64,000 nucleotides of DNA from a virus: IMG/VR virus record IMGVR_UViG_3300036770_004428, positions 30,982-94,981 of that record; one strand, given 5' to 3'. A program made the position numbers and the translations under genes. The notes under the pieces were generated by a model. The model ran no database searches, was not told the origin of the DNA, and was given only the letters and a program-made list of their open reading frames with translations. Numbering within the stretch: position 1 is the first letter of the stretch; the number at the start of each line of letters is the position of its first letter. This document shows positions 9,279-22,000 of the stretch, one piece after another.

Positions 9279-10805
9279 TTACAATTGAGATATGGGGTAG
9301 TTTTGTATTTTTTGTAGGTTGGCACTACTTCCACCTTCAAACTGATGTATTGCCTTAACTAATGTTTTAAACATTTTTATATTATCAGCATTTGTCTCAT
9401 TCTTCCCTTTAAATGCTGGTAATTTTGAGGTAAAGGTGACGGTAGATTTCCATGTTTTCATTTTTTCTACAACAAATTTTTTATATTCTTCAGAATAACC
9501 AGAGTCATACCGTGTAAGGATTTTTTGGATGGTGTCAAGATTATATTTTGTAAAATAACCAGAAAGATTTTTCATACCACCTCTAATACCATTATCTATA
9601 TTATCAAACACAACAAAATATTTTCCAGAATTAGATGCCTTTTTCTTACCAGTAGTACCATTCCATTGAGCTTCTAGAGTATCAGGAGTAAGAGGAACCA
9701 AATTAAAAGGGTTTTTATCTGTTGCAGTGACATACGAACCAGAAAGTATTGGTACTTTTCCACTACCGTTTCCATTTTCTCCAGCGGAGTTTGATGTTGC
9801 TGCTTGTGTACCAGTGCCACTCGTATATTTTAAAAAGTATTGTCTTATCTTTATTGGGCTAGTTACATTTAAATCTAGAACAGTTGTCCAATTAGATAAT
9901 GAGGGACTAGAAGCTTTTAGTTCAGGTATTTGGTTAGCAGCTCTTTGGTCAGCACCACTTCCCGCTGAACCTCTAGTTGAAACTCCTGCCCAAGTTTTAC
10001 CATCTTTACTTTCGTCTATAGTAACCTCCCATGAAACATTATAACCATTAAATTTAATACTTATTTTTGTTACATCAGGTTTCACACCTTTACTAATTAA
10101 GTCAGACAAGACTTGGTTCACACCTTTTCCAGCATAAGTTCCTCCTTGTGTTCCTACTTTAACGTAACTAGCCCATTGAGCAGGTACAGGATCAGTTCTA
10201 AACATATATCCACCAAATTTATCACTAGCTCTTCTATCAAAAGAGTGTAATGCATCACCCCTCGCGTCAATATTTTCAGGGACTTTATAACTACCTTTAA
10301 TGACTATAGGTAAATTAGCCTTTTTAGTTTTACCACAAATTTCTAACTTATTTTTAAGTTGTGCTGTTAACCCACCACTGACATCAAAAAATGTTTTTAC
10401 TTGATTTTGGGATCCTCTAACCATTTGTTTACCATCTGAAAGTTTCACATAGTAACCAACACCACATTTATAATGTAATGTTCCAGCTGATTTTAAATTA
10501 CCGTTGTCGTCAGTTATATTTGTATTAACGACTACACTTCCAAAAGAATCAACTAATTGTATAAATTTTGTTGCTTTGGATTTAGCTTCGTTGCCGTCAA
10601 CAGTAAAACTTAACCCTTTAAAAATTTTTATAGAATAACTACCATCTTCTTTAGATTGTAAAAGGTAAGAATCACTTTGTAATGTATACTTATTATTGTT
10701 TACATTACTATTTAAATTACCACCACTAACTGTAGACCCATCAGAATTTTCTACAAGAACATTACCGTTTGAATCTACTACTGTATTACTTTCATTACAA
10801 GCCAT
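9279..10805 (-). CDS. Virion protein with C-terminal lysozyme-like (PM2 P5-like) domain
   Basis: NPFNL...FDNIDNGIRG..NL..Y....LDTIQKILTRY...LVKAIHQFEGG resembles the NNPGNIR/GIRA/TI..II.R/HENG pattern. Confidence 0.55.
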   Translation of the reverse strand: MACNESNTVVDSNGNVLVENSDGSTVSGGNLNSNVNNNKYTLQSDSYLLQSKEDGSYSIKIFKGLSFTVDGNEAKSKATKFIQLVDSFGSVVVNTNITDDNGNLKSAGTLHYKCGVGYYVKLSDGKQMVRGSQNQVKTFFDVSGGLTAQLKNKLEICGKTKKANLPIVIKGSYKVPENIDARGDALHSFDRRASDKFGGYMFRTDPVPAQWASYVKVGTQGGTYAGKGVNQVLSDLISKGVKPDVTKISIKFNGYNVSWEVTIDESKDGKTWAGVSTRGSAGSGADQRAANQIPELKASSPSLSNWTTVLDLNVTSPIKIRQYFLKYTSGTGTQAATSNSAGENGNGSGKVPILSGSYVTATDKNPFNLVPLTPDTLEAQWNGTTGKKKASNSGKYFVVFDNIDNGIRGGMKNLSGYFTKYNLDTIQKILTRYDSGYSEEYKKFVVEKMKTWKSTVTFTSKLPAFKGKNETNADNIKMFKTLVKAIHQFEGGSSANLQKIQNYPISQL

Positions 10806-10817
10806 ATATTATTTTTT

Positions 10818-13800
10818 TTATCCACCATTTATTGACCAATGCCAAGGTTCAACCTCGTAATTATAAAAATCATATTTATTAGCGTTTGCTAATAACCAAT
10901 CAAGACATTTTTTACCGTTTGATTTAGGACAACTTTTTATGGCTGCAGACGTTGGTTTGATTGGGTGACATACTGTACCCGTATTACCACAGGCAAAATC
11001 TATTGCCACACCCATCTGATGGTTTGATTTACCAGCTGGTGCTGTTGGGTTTTTTTTACATTGTCCGCTTCTTGTCCAATTATCTGGACACCCATTATCT
11101 TTTCCAATACGTTTTTGGTCTGCCATTGTTCTAAATACACTACCAGCCTTTAATGGTACTCCCGCCGCATTAGCGTCTTTTAACATTTTTAAAGTATTTT
11201 CAGCTATAACAGCGTTAACTTTTCCTGCGTTACTAGCTTTAATATATAAATTAGTGTCATTTAATTTACATAATTTTATTCTATATCTTTTAAGGTTATT
11301 ATAACCATCTTCTACACCGGCGTCAGTAAATCCGGCAGGACATTTAGCGTCTTCATTAGAACCTGGTTTCCAATTTTTACCTGCTCCTGATGCTTGGGTA
11401 TTATCAACTGGTTGTGATTTACAAGCTCCAAATACAGCTAAAGCGTGATTAACCCTTTTATTTTTTTCTTCTCCAGTTTTACAAGCATCACATCTTTCAT
11501 ATTTAAGAGCGAAGGTTACGGTCGCTTCCTCAACTGTTTTAGCTTTTTTAAGTTCAACAATATTTGTACCATTCCAAGAAGTTTTAAGCCATTCTTTTAA
11601 ATAACTGAAATTAATTTCATCTGTAGCATTTGTTGTTGTTAAATCAACACCTTTAGCTTTAGCATGTGTAATAAAATCGTTTTTAAGGTTATAATAAGTC
11701 CATTGTGCCCAACCGTATCCTTTACAAAGAGAAGGTTTATATGGTGGTGGGTCAACACAAGTACTTGGGAATTCTGTTCCGTTCCAACCACCACTCTCAG
11801 TAATGTTACCATCAGGACAATTTCCTGAAGAACATTGTACTATAGCTGGTCTTAAACCACTTTCCCTAATTAGGTTACCAACGACACCACAAGCTTGTTC
11901 TAGTGTTAAACCAACATCAGAAACCAATCCTTGAGCTATCGCACAACCTTTTTGGTTAACATCCGAACTACCGAATGAAATATCTGAATCACCTCCACCA
12001 AATACATCACAATCGTCAAGTGTTGTTGTATCTAAAACTAATGTATCGTTTCTACCTGTTTTTGCTTCGATAGTTTTTAAAGTATCACTCATAGCTATAG
12101 CAACATCTTCAACGACAGGCACCGTAGCTATTGGTTGTCTAACACCTTTAAAGTTAGTTTCTATGTGATGTGGTTTAATATTGTGTGAAACTTCTGTAAT
12201 TAAATAGGTTCCGTAGAACATTGGTATATTAGATAATTCAAAATATTGTAAAGGTTGTATCATCATATTACCTAATGAACCGACCTTACAAGTGTAAGAC
12301 CTAGTTAAATATATATTATGTAAATTATTACCTTTTTGTGTTCTATTTGCTGGGTTACCACCATCGGCTAATTTTTCTATAACTAATAAAGATTCATTGG
12401 TTTCAGTAAATTCCGTTTGGTCCAATTCAACCGACTTAAAGTGATTTTGATTTTCTAATCCATAAGCCACTCTAAATGCTGTGAATCCCTGATTTTCTAT
12501 TCTACTATTGTCTTTATATTCGTATTTATTAGGTGATGGTTCTGATGTACCTAAAACATCGTCACCTGAAGGGTGTTGGTACTCATATGGCGTTTCGGCT
12601 CCTTCTTCAGATAATGGAAATCCATCGTCATTATAATCCATATCCTCTTGATCCTTTGGACAATTTGGTTTTGGTTTTAGGTCTACCATCCTAGATGTAC
12701 CCCCTACATACATACAAATAAAATTAGGTCCACTAGCTTTAACAATATTATCTGTAAAAGGTGAAAACATTTCTCTAGCAACCTTTGCTGTATCACCATT
12801 CTTATCACCTGTAAAATTTGTAAATGAAGGTAATGGAAAGAAATCAAATTTATTTTCACCCAATAAATCTGATATTTGGTTATAAAAACTAATTTTAGGA
12901 TTGTCTTTCATTGATTTTAATTTCGTAACATCTAAAACAGCTTTGTTACCAATTTCACCCATAACTCTATTAACATAAGTAAAGTGTCCTGCTAAAGGAA
13001 CTCTTTCTGAACCTTTATAACCAACAACATCACTATCTGTTATATTAAAGAAATAAGTGTTTTTACCCCCATTAGATCTTGAAGATGATATCCATTTATC
13101 ACAAATAGATTTAAATGTTCTATATAAGGATAATTTAGTATCACTATCATCTAAAACACTATCATCTTCTGGTTTTGCATCTTCACTTAATTGTTCTTCT
13201 TTTGCTTTATAAGAAGCATTCCACTCTTTTTGAAAAGCTTCTAAATATTTTTCAATAACAACTTTATTAGCCATAAAGGCGGATTTATTATTACTCTCTG
13301 AAGTAGATTTACCAGGGTAAACATCTAAACCAAAAAGTTTAGGCGTAGAAACCATTATTTGGTAATATTTACCAAAAATACTTTCAAAAAAATCTTTTAC
13401 TTCCGTTATTTGGGGATCTAAAGCTATAACCCCGGAATAAGCATTATCCACCTGACCCGCTTCTGTAGTACTATCAGCAGCATCACCACCAATTAATTGA
13501 TTTAAAGCAATACTATATCCATCAGTATTCGCTTTTTTGTAAAAACTACTAAAGCCATAACTTTTAGCTATTAAATTATCACCTTCTTTTTGGCCAAAAT
13601 TAACTGGATCTATTATTTTTAAACCATTATTTTTCCATTCCCCATCACACCATTTTTCAAACTCTTCAACAAATCTTTCTTTAACAAAGGTTGGTAATAA
13701 AGCTATTAATTCAGAATATTTACCCCCGTCTATTGTAAACCAATTTTTAACATCAGTACCATTTATTTCACACCCATAAACCCAAAATTTAGTTGTATCT

Positions 13801-16800
13801 GTGTAACTAATAACCTCTTTTTCTGGTTTTTTATAATTTAAAGAGGATTTATTTAAAAATGAGTTATTAATGTCATAACGATAAGCATATTTTTCGGTGG
13901 TAGAAAAACCACCAGCAAAATTACTATTATCACTACCCAAATGACCAAAATTACCGACATAATCCCTAAATGGCATATCACTTGGTATTAGAGTTAATGT
14001 TTTTTCTACTTGTGTGTTATAACCTTCTTTATTTGTACCTCCTTGTACGTCATTAATTACATAACCAAGATTTCCATTAGCACTAACAGCTTCAGTATAA
14101 AAATGTTGCCAAGGTGTTATAAATAATATAGGCCAATATGTATATCTAGATGCTTCACTAGCATTTTCTATTTGTTTATTTTGTGGTAATCCATAACTTA
14201 AAAAATCCTCGTATATATAAGAATTAACTTGATCTGTTAACATTGGGTCGTCATATACAAAACTCCAGTAAAGTTGTGTCCATATAAAACCACCGCCCTT
14301 GTTTGTCCAAGATTGTGGTCTTGTTTTCCTTAATATTTCGTCATTGTTATAAACACCCCAATAATCAAAATTATAACCAAGGGTACCATATAGTGGGGCT
14401 AGTTGGGTGCTGAGATTATCAGCGGTATTAGCGTCATAAAAACCTCTATTATGATTTAACCATCTTGTTGTAGATGCAACAAAACAACTAAGTTGTGTGT
14501 TAACTTTTGTGTCATGTCTAGTAGTCCAAAGTTGTCTACCAGGTGTTTCTTTATATAAAAGATTTTCATAAGTTTCGAAACTTTCACTATTCAATGTAAA
14601 TTCTCTGGTTGTACTTCTATTTCTTCTACCACCACCACAACCATCACATATACCAACACCAAATTGTATATTATTTTTGTTTTCTAATGAGTTTACGGCT
14701 TGTGATGGGTGTCCAGGTTGTGCTAATGGGTCAAAACCTATTGGTAACTCTTCAAAATTTGGGTGTCTCCATCTAATGTTTCCATTGGCATCTTTATTAA
14801 CCCCCATATACATTTTCCATCTCCATAACACAGAACCTATACCGTAAACCCAAACTTTAGGTACTTTTATTAATCCTGCGGATAAAGCAAATGGTATTAA
14901 AGCTTTAGGATAATGTTCGTTTATATAATTAAAAACAGCATCACCAGCATCATTATTTTGTCTTGCTCCAGCAGTAATAAATGGTGTTGTTTTACAAGAA
15001 GCTAAAAACAAATAAGCTAAATTCCTACTTTCTATTTCTTCACTTGTATAATCATTAGGTCTATCTATAGTTGATGCCACCGGACCTTTTAAAGGATAAG
15101 AAGTGGTTGTTAAAGGTCTTCCATAACCAGTTGCTAAGGCGGAAAGGTTTTGTCCAGAACCCTTAACGTGTGTTGTAGCTTCTCTAAATCTATTAACATT
15201 GTCTAACCATAATGGTGTCATTATCATAGTTTCATAAGTTATGGTATCACCCCAACCTTCTCTAGCATCATCACCAGCTCCAGCATCTTTAAGTTTTTGC
15301 CAATCTAAACTATCCTTATCAAATGAACTAGCATCACCAAAAGAAACACTAGTTTTATATGCCGCCTGATTTTCATAAGCTGTTTTGTTAAGAAATATAC
15401 CCCTACTAGATATTTCGGTAGTAAAATTCCAAGCACTTTCACCTTCTTGTGTTTGAACAAAATAATTATTACCACCACAAGGAGCTAAATAATTACTTAA
15501 AAGTGTTTCACTTATATTCCAAATATTTTGTCCCCTATATTTTTGTTGGGTATTGGCAACAAAAAGTGGTAAACAAGCATAGTAAGGACTGAATTTTGGA
15601 TCTGTCGGTATCCCTTGTGTGTCGTCAAACGCACTTTGACCTATATTTAAAGTGGTGAATAGACCTTTACCCGATTCGTTAGAACCATCAAAATAATTTA
15701 ATTTATGATCATCATTTTTACTATAAAAAATATAACTATTTGTTGCTTTTAAAGCAGCACCATCTTTTAAATAATTTTTATAAGAATCACCTAAACCTTT
15801 AATTAGATTGTCTTTTCTATCTTTTTCGCCGTCAGGTTTATCATTGAAAGTCATTTTTCTAACGCCACTTCTTTCATCTTCTTCCCACATTTGGAAAAGG
15901 TATTCGGGTCTCATTTGTGATATGTCAGTGTATATTCTAACACCGTAAGGGTCATCTTTATCACCAAGACTACCACGAGATTTTATACCTAAAAAATTTA
16001 TATGACCAGCTTGTGGGTGATAGGCCCAATATGTATCCTCCCAACCAGGTATATCCGTTAAATTATTTTCTAATATTTTATTTGTTGTGTTAGTGTATCC
16101 CCCTGTTTGTGACTTATAGTCATAATTTTCATTAAACCAATCTAATTCTCTATTACTTGAATTGGGTTCGGTTCTATTTTCAGATATTTTTTTAAATACT
16201 CTAGCAATATCATCTGATAATTTACCTTGTTTTATTATTAAATTTATTTGTTGTGCAATTTTTTTATCATCAATACAAGAGAGTAAATTATGTGCATCGA
16301 TTGATGCAAGAACTGTTATTGGTGTATTTGGGTCATCTTCTATTTGACTGTCTATTTTATAATAGTTGGTCCCTCCCATCCACAATCTTCTTTTATTAAA
16401 ATCACTTATAGACTCTAAAGCATCTAAATTGTTTTCATTACTAAAACCCTTTTTTTGTGGTGCAGAAAATCCCATTCCAATATTAAAAGGGTTGTATCTA
16501 ACTGGATCAAAATGAGTAAAATCTAGTGTGACAAACATTCTTTCACCAATATATTGTAATAAAACACTATTAAAATCCTTACCATCTAAATCAGATGACA
16601 TTAAATCCAAATACTTTATTGACAACTCTGTCCCATTATGTGTTAATCGACTTTCTAATGGGTTTATTGGGATGTAATTATCGAATCCAGGTACACCTGT
16701 TAAATCTTCCGCTAAAGTTTCATCATCTTCATTTAATTTTTCACAAGCTTTAATAAAATCTTCAACAAATCTAACTTCTGGCCAATCAAAAAAATCTGTG

Positions 16801-18689
16801 TTCTCACCAGGATAGACTTCTTTTGTTTCTTTTTTAGAATCATTCTGATTATATGTAGTAGTAGATCTATAATCTTCTTTATAATAAGTTGGCCATGGAT
16901 AAATTTGTTTTAATTGATCCCCATTTCTATTTTTTAATTCTAACAACTTATCCGTACTACTACCACCATAACTATTATTTAAACTTGCTTGGTTGTCGTT
17001 GTGATGTTGTTCTGCCTCAATACAACAATTTAATAATAATTGTACTAAAGTTTCTACGTTACAACTTAATATTGTGAAGACATTTCTTATTGTCGGTCTA
17101 AAGCCTAGTTTTTGAGTAACCCCCTTATCAATAGCTTCTTTAACAGCATTTCTTTGTTTAGAAATTTCTTCATCTAATTTTTTTAAATCTTCTTCAATTG
17201 GGTAAATATACCAACCCAAATCTATGTAATAATCTCCTGGTGGGTTTGGTTGTGTGCTAGCGTCTTGATCAACGTAATTTAATTCATTGTTATTGTTAGC
17301 CAAGTTTAACATCCCTTTTTGGAAGTAAACACCTGAGTTATTTAAACCATTTAAAAACTGATATTTAAAAGTTTCATCATCTTCTACAACAGTACAGTTA
17401 GTTAAACCACCACCACCATTACTATCTACTTGTGAAAAAACAGCAACTCTACTTCCACCACATTCTGTGTCAGAAATTTTTTCATCTTTTATTGAGGCGG
17501 TTTGTCTAGCAAAAACACCTAAACCAGAATCTTCATTACCTGAAATATACCTTTCCCAATAATTTTTTAAAATACTTCTTAATTCTTCACTGGGTGGCCC
17601 ATTAAAAATAAATAAATCCTTACTTTCTTGTCTATTTGGGTGGTTACCTACTTTAACGTTACTTTTTTCTACATATCCATCATCTTGTAATTCTCTGGCA
17701 AAATCTCTAATATCGTTTAATAATTGTTGTACACCAGTTCTCACAGAAACCAAATTAGCTAAGTTTTGATAATCATCATCACCTTTAGCATAAGCTAAAA
17801 AATCCTCAACATCTTTTATTCTTCTATGTAACTCTGATAGGGTTATACAGTTTACAGTACCACCATCTCCTTGTTCACAAAAAGGTTGTCTAACTTCAGC
17901 GTCACTTTGTAGTGTAACATCACCACTACCAGATTCTTGGTAATAATCTGTTTCATCATATAAACCATTATCTATATAATATTTTACTGCTTCGTCATAT
18001 TTGTCTCTTAAAATACCTTTTGAATTCCACCTTTGGTCCATATAAGGTGCACACCTCACAAATCCCATTAAGATATCCGCTAAAAACGCATATGACCAAC
18101 CGATAAATTCACCTCTACATTCAAAATTACCTGTCTGTGAATTAAATTTTGTGTTAAATTTAACCAAGTTTAGATAATAAGTTATTGGTTTACCATAATA
18201 TCCTTTAACTGTTAATTCAAATATTGGGTATGGTAAATGGAAAAATAATGCATAAGGTGAACAAGAACCTTGTTCAAAAAGTGTTGCCCCTCTAATATCA
18301 ACAAAGTCAATTACAACTTTTGGGATGTAACTACCTTTAATTTCAATATCCACATTAGTGATACCAAAACCTTCTAAGTCACCTGAAACATTTGTATCTT
18401 TAAATTGTGAACCACCAATTTCGGTCCAATTGGTTGTTAAGAATTTTCTTTTCCCCAAACCCTCTTGTGTTGCTGAATCAGAAATAACTAAATCCACCGT
18501 ACTAATATCAACCGTTTCTAGTGGCTGATAGGAATTATCCACATTTTGTGTTAAAAAAGTTCTACCCCTAGTTTTAGCAACCAAACTAGCGTAGATGTAC
18601 ATATCTTCATGATTTATTGTGTGTCCTGGTGGGTTTGGGTCAATAATTGTAATATTCCCGTTTTGTATAACTACTGGTTCTGTAGACAT
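10818..18689 (-). CDS. Giant baseplate hub / tail-spike protein with tail lysozyme and M15 (VanY-like) peptidase domains
   Basis: QACGVVGNLIRESG..GYGWAQWT..YER (phage tail lysozyme); R..ADQ, SNHQMGVAID, EPWHW (M15B zinc motifs). Confidence 0.8.
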   Translation of the reverse strand: MSTEPVVIQNGNITIIDPNPPGHTINHEDMYIYASLVAKTRGRTFLTQNVDNSYQPLETVDISTVDLVISDSATQEGLGKRKFLTTNWTEIGGSQFKDTNVSGDLEGFGITNVDIEIKGSYIPKVVIDFVDIRGATLFEQGSCSPYALFFHLPYPIFELTVKGYYGKPITYYLNLVKFNTKFNSQTGNFECRGEFIGWSYAFLADILMGFVRCAPYMDQRWNSKGILRDKYDEAVKYYIDNGLYDETDYYQESGSGDVTLQSDAEVRQPFCEQGDGGTVNCITLSELHRRIKDVEDFLAYAKGDDDYQNLANLVSVRTGVQQLLNDIRDFARELQDDGYVEKSNVKVGNHPNRQESKDLFIFNGPPSEELRSILKNYWERYISGNEDSGLGVFARQTASIKDEKISDTECGGSRVAVFSQVDSNGGGGLTNCTVVEDDETFKYQFLNGLNNSGVYFQKGMLNLANNNNELNYVDQDASTQPNPPGDYYIDLGWYIYPIEEDLKKLDEEISKQRNAVKEAIDKGVTQKLGFRPTIRNVFTILSCNVETLVQLLLNCCIEAEQHHNDNQASLNNSYGGSSTDKLLELKNRNGDQLKQIYPWPTYYKEDYRSTTTYNQNDSKKETKEVYPGENTDFFDWPEVRFVEDFIKACEKLNEDDETLAEDLTGVPGFDNYIPINPLESRLTHNGTELSIKYLDLMSSDLDGKDFNSVLLQYIGERMFVTLDFTHFDPVRYNPFNIGMGFSAPQKKGFSNENNLDALESISDFNKRRLWMGGTNYYKIDSQIEDDPNTPITVLASIDAHNLLSCIDDKKIAQQINLIIKQGKLSDDIARVFKKISENRTEPNSSNRELDWFNENYDYKSQTGGYTNTTNKILENNLTDIPGWEDTYWAYHPQAGHINFLGIKSRGSLGDKDDPYGVRIYTDISQMRPEYLFQMWEEDERSGVRKMTFNDKPDGEKDRKDNLIKGLGDSYKNYLKDGAALKATNSYIFYSKNDDHKLNYFDGSNESGKGLFTTLNIGQSAFDDTQGIPTDPKFSPYYACLPLFVANTQQKYRGQNIWNISETLLSNYLAPCGGNNYFVQTQEGESAWNFTTEISSRGIFLNKTAYENQAAYKTSVSFGDASSFDKDSLDWQKLKDAGAGDDAREGWGDTITYETMIMTPLWLDNVNRFREATTHVKGSGQNLSALATGYGRPLTTTSYPLKGPVASTIDRPNDYTSEEIESRNLAYLFLASCKTTPFITAGARQNNDAGDAVFNYINEHYPKALIPFALSAGLIKVPKVWVYGIGSVLWRWKMYMGVNKDANGNIRWRHPNFEELPIGFDPLAQPGHPSQAVNSLENKNNIQFGVGICDGCGGGRRNRSTTREFTLNSESFETYENLLYKETPGRQLWTTRHDTKVNTQLSCFVASTTRWLNHNRGFYDANTADNLSTQLAPLYGTLGYNFDYWGVYNNDEILRKTRPQSWTNKGGGFIWTQLYWSFVYDDPMLTDQVNSYIYEDFLSYGLPQNKQIENASEASRYTYWPILFITPWQHFYTEAVSANGNLGYVINDVQGGTNKEGYNTQVEKTLTLIPSDMPFRDYVGNFGHLGSDNSNFAGGFSTTEKYAYRYDINNSFLNKSSLNYKKPEKEVISYTDTTKFWVYGCEINGTDVKNWFTIDGGKYSELIALLPTFVKERFVEEFEKWCDGEWKNNGLKIIDPVNFGQKEGDNLIAKSYGFSSFYKKANTDGYSIALNQLIGGDAADSTTEAGQVDNAYSGVIALDPQITEVKDFFESIFGKYYQIMVSTPKLFGLDVYPGKSTSESNNKSAFMANKVVIEKYLEAFQKEWNASYKAKEEQLSEDAKPEDDSVLDDSDTKLSLYRTFKSICDKWISSSRSNGGKNTYFFNITDSDVVGYKGSERVPLAGHFTYVNRVMGEIGNKAVLDVTKLKSMKDNPKISFYNQISDLLGENKFDFFPLPSFTNFTGDKNGDTAKVAREMFSPFTDNIVKASGPNFICMYVGGTSRMVDLKPKPNCPKDQEDMDYNDDGFPLSEEGAETPYEYQHPSGDDVLGTSEPSPNKYEYKDNSRIENQGFTAFRVAYGLENQNHFKSVELDQTEFTETNESLLVIEKLADGGNPANRTQKGNNLHNIYLTRSYTCKVGSLGNMMIQPLQYFELSNIPMFYGTYLITEVSHNIKPHHIETNFKGVRQPIATVPVVEDVAIAMSDTLKTIEAKTGRNDTLVLDTTTLDDCDVFGGGDSDISFGSSDVNQKGCAIAQGLVSDVGLTLEQACGVVGNLIRESGLRPAIVQCSSGNCPDGNITESGGWNGTEFPSTCVDPPPYKPSLCKGYGWAQWTYYNLKNDFITHAKAKGVDLTTTNATDEINFSYLKEWLKTSWNGTNIVELKKAKTVEEATVTFALKYERCDACKTGEEKNKRVNHALAVFGACKSQPVDNTQASGAGKNWKPGSNEDAKCPAGFTDAGVEDGYNNLKRYRIKLCKLNDTNLYIKASNAGKVNAVIAENTLKMLKDANAAGVPLKAGSVFRTMADQKRIGKDNGCPDNWTRSGQCKKNPTAPAGKSNHQMGVAIDFACGNTGTVCHPIKPTSAAIKSCPKSNGKKCLDWLLANANKYDFYNYEVEPWHWSINGG

Positions 18690-18690
18690 A

Positions 18691-19011
18691 TTAAATACCG
18701 TATAAATTTATATATCTTTTTATTTCCCTCTCATATTGTTGTAATGATTCATTTAAGGGAAAAGGTACATTTATGATAGCTCCGTCTGGTATGTTAAATT
18801 CTAACCCACCAAATTCGGGATTAGCTTGCATTATTAACCAGCCAAAGTTAGGGCTATTATAATAGTCATCACTAATAATGTCAAGTCTTGTTCTACCGTT
18901 ATATTTTACTTGTTGATCAGTACTTTTTCTAGGAATTCTTATGAATGGTAATATTTTAACTTTACCATTTTCTCTAAATTCTTCATACCTGTCATAATAT
19001 CTTCTTGCCAT
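18691..19011 (-). CDS. Baseplate wedge LysM-like protein (T4 gp53 / tail X-like)
   Basis: RLDIISDDYYNSPNFGWLIMQANP...IPDG..I.VP pattern; position in tail block. Confidence 0.7.
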   Translation of the reverse strand: MARRYYDRYEEFRENGKVKILPFIRIPRKSTDQQVKYNGRTRLDIISDDYYNSPNFGWLIMQANPEFGGLEFNIPDGAIINVPFPLNESLQQYEREIKRYINLYGI

Positions 19012-19016
19012 AAATT

Positions 19017-22000
19017 TTAATTTTCTGTAAGTATTTTAATTAATCTATCATAACCCACTTTAGTAATTTTAATATCAATTTTTATAAAATCAGTGATACT
19101 GTCAGAACTATCTTTCTTATTCACTTTAATACCGTATTTAATTCTTGGTAAGCTGTAAGTTTTATTAGGACTATTGTTAATTAGTTCACCTAGTTCTTCC
19201 ATTGAACCGACTGAAGGAAAACCAAATCCACCAACTGTATACCCGTTTTTCCATTCTTTTAAGGTATCGTAACCAGTTAAACTTCTAAGTAAATTAAAGG
19301 CCGCTATTTGTTCACTAGCCTCCCTTGCTGGTAAATTAGAAGGGTTACCTAACTCTGATTTACAACAACTATATTCACTGGCTTTACCATCATTTCCATT
19401 ATAAACATAAGCATTATTGGTACCTCCACCAACTGCTCCACCATCATCATATGTATTGGTTATGTAGTAATTATAAATTCCGTATGCCTCTGGTGTTAAC
19501 ATGGAATATATGTAGTGTGGTATAAAACCTAATATATTAAAACCACCCTCAAAGAATGTACCTTCTCCTGCTGTTGTATTTCTAATTGGTCCTTGGTAAG
19601 TTATTGAACCATATTCATTTGTTTGTTCACCGGAAGAACTTAAAAGTGATTTAAAGTTTGGATTTGACTCGTAGAAAGGACTTGTACCAGTCTCTTTCAT
19701 TGTTTTATTTGTAGTACCAACAACAGTTACCTCCTGTAGTTCTTTAGGTGTTTCCTCACCAGGTACAGTATTTAATGGGTTATTTTCTTCACTAGGTTGT
19801 GATACCCATGTACCATCTTCACATTTCCATACTTTATTACCGGCTTCATAATTTTGCACAATTTGAACGTTTTTACCTTCACTAGCTTCTGGTGAATTTT
19901 TAAGTGTGTCAATATCTTCTTTTGTTGCTAGACTACCCTTACCATCTGTACAAGGACAAGGGTTAGAATCCTCTATTTGTTCTGCATTGTCTTCTTCTTC
20001 AGCCGCCTTTTGTTGATCAAGTTGATCAAGAAGTGTTTGTCTAGCTTCTTGGTCGGCTTTAATTGTCTCATCAGCTATTGTTTGTGATGCCCATGGTCCA
20101 TAATAGAATGTTTCTGGTATTGTTGAGTCCTCATTGTATCCTTCGTCACTTTCAACTAAGAATCCTGTTTGTTGTCTTTTAGCTAATATTTTCTGTAATG
20201 GCATGTAAATTGCGGTATTAGCAAAGAAGTTGTAAGATACAGCATTTTGTAATTGTCTTAATGGTCCTTGTAGGGTAGAACCACCAATAAACTTAAAGTT
20301 CATATCAACATTAACTACCATCGGTTGTACCCCAATTCCTTCAGGGTTTAAATCCCACTGAAGTGGATCAAAAGTGAAATTAATTGAGTCTATAATTATT
20401 TTGGTAAAATAAAAATCACCTATCCTTAATATACAAACCGGTGGCCTACCAAAGGCAGTGTTTTGTGGTTGGTTTGGATCTATAAATGAAGGTCCCTGTC
20501 TACCACATTGTTGTAAGAAAGTTAACCTACTATTTAAACCTTCAGGCGTAATAGCGTGGAATGCTGGGTGGAAATTTTTTAATTTATCTGTCAAACTTTC
20601 ATATAAGAAAGAATCTGTTTTTTTAATTGTTTCAAAATAATCACATTCGTTTATAAAACCTTTAGCTAATTCTAAAACCTTTTGTCTTTCAGCGTCATAA
20701 GCTGCTTGAGCTTGTTTATTTTTTTCATCAACAATTGTTTTATTAGCCTCATTAATTCCTTGTACTCTTAGTTTTTCTAATTCAGCTAGTTTATCGTAAG
20801 CAGGTTTAACACAATTTGTGTTTGATGTTAAAAATATATCAACCCTTCTAAACATAATATGATTATTGTTTTCTGGGTCTGTAGGGTGATAATGTGCGGG
20901 AGTTAAAGTATATACCGCTGCCGCAGAAGCGTTATTACTATTGTCACCAGCATTACCATTAACATTGGAAGCCTCATCTTTACCTTTTGATTGTACCTTC
21001 CATCTTCCACAACTTTCTGTATCACCTTTTTCTGAAAACAAGTCGATTGGTTCAAAACCTTCTACTGATAATTTTGGTGCCCCCCCATTTTCTGTTTCAC
21101 ATCTAATTAATTCTGATTTAAGCCATTCTTTAACTGAATTCGCTCTGTCTTGACCTAAAACTTTGTTATAATTACCTCCACCAAAATTACTACAGTTACC
21201 AATGACATTAATTGTATAGTTTTTACCTAATTCTGTGGTAGCTAAAAATTCTATTAATTGACTTATACCAAATCCGGCAACACCATTAGGTTGTGCAACA
21301 AATTTATTTGGTAATTCTATTCCCGTTAAATCCAATTTTGGTGATGCCCCTTCTCCAGATGTATTAGTTTTACCTCTTTCTTGTGGTACAGGATATGGAT
21401 ATGGGTTTGTACCCCAAAACCTTTCATTAGCCCCATATCTTTTTATATAATACCCTACCTCATTAGCTTTATAAGTTGTCGAACCACTAGTGAACGTATT
21501 AGGTATTTTTGTACAACAATAATTACCTTTTGGGTCACCACCATCTACCCATCTTTTATCAGTTGGCTTATTTACCCAAGGACCGTATTTTTTGTTACTT
21601 CCAAAACCTGAACATGGTGGTTTTGGGAAATTTGCGGGTATCACAACCAATTCACTACTTTCGGTTGTTATAAGTTCAGGAATTATTGTAGTAATATCTT
21701 TTTCATCACAAGAAAATGTGGTATTACCCGCATTTGCCCCACCTGTATAGAGTTTAGGGTTATCATAAGCCTCAAGTGTTACTTTTTCGTAATTAGTGTC
21801 AAAACATCTACCTACAAGTCCATCTGGGCAACTACTATTTGTGACTATATTTGGTTGTCCTTCATAACCATTAGTGTTAACGTCTTTTTCTAAAAAACCT
21901 TTAGACTCATCATCTCTAGAGTTTTTAAAGTGAAAACTTAATTTATCAACTATTTCAGGTGGTGTAGGTATAATATATTCTTTAGGTTTTTCCTCTACAG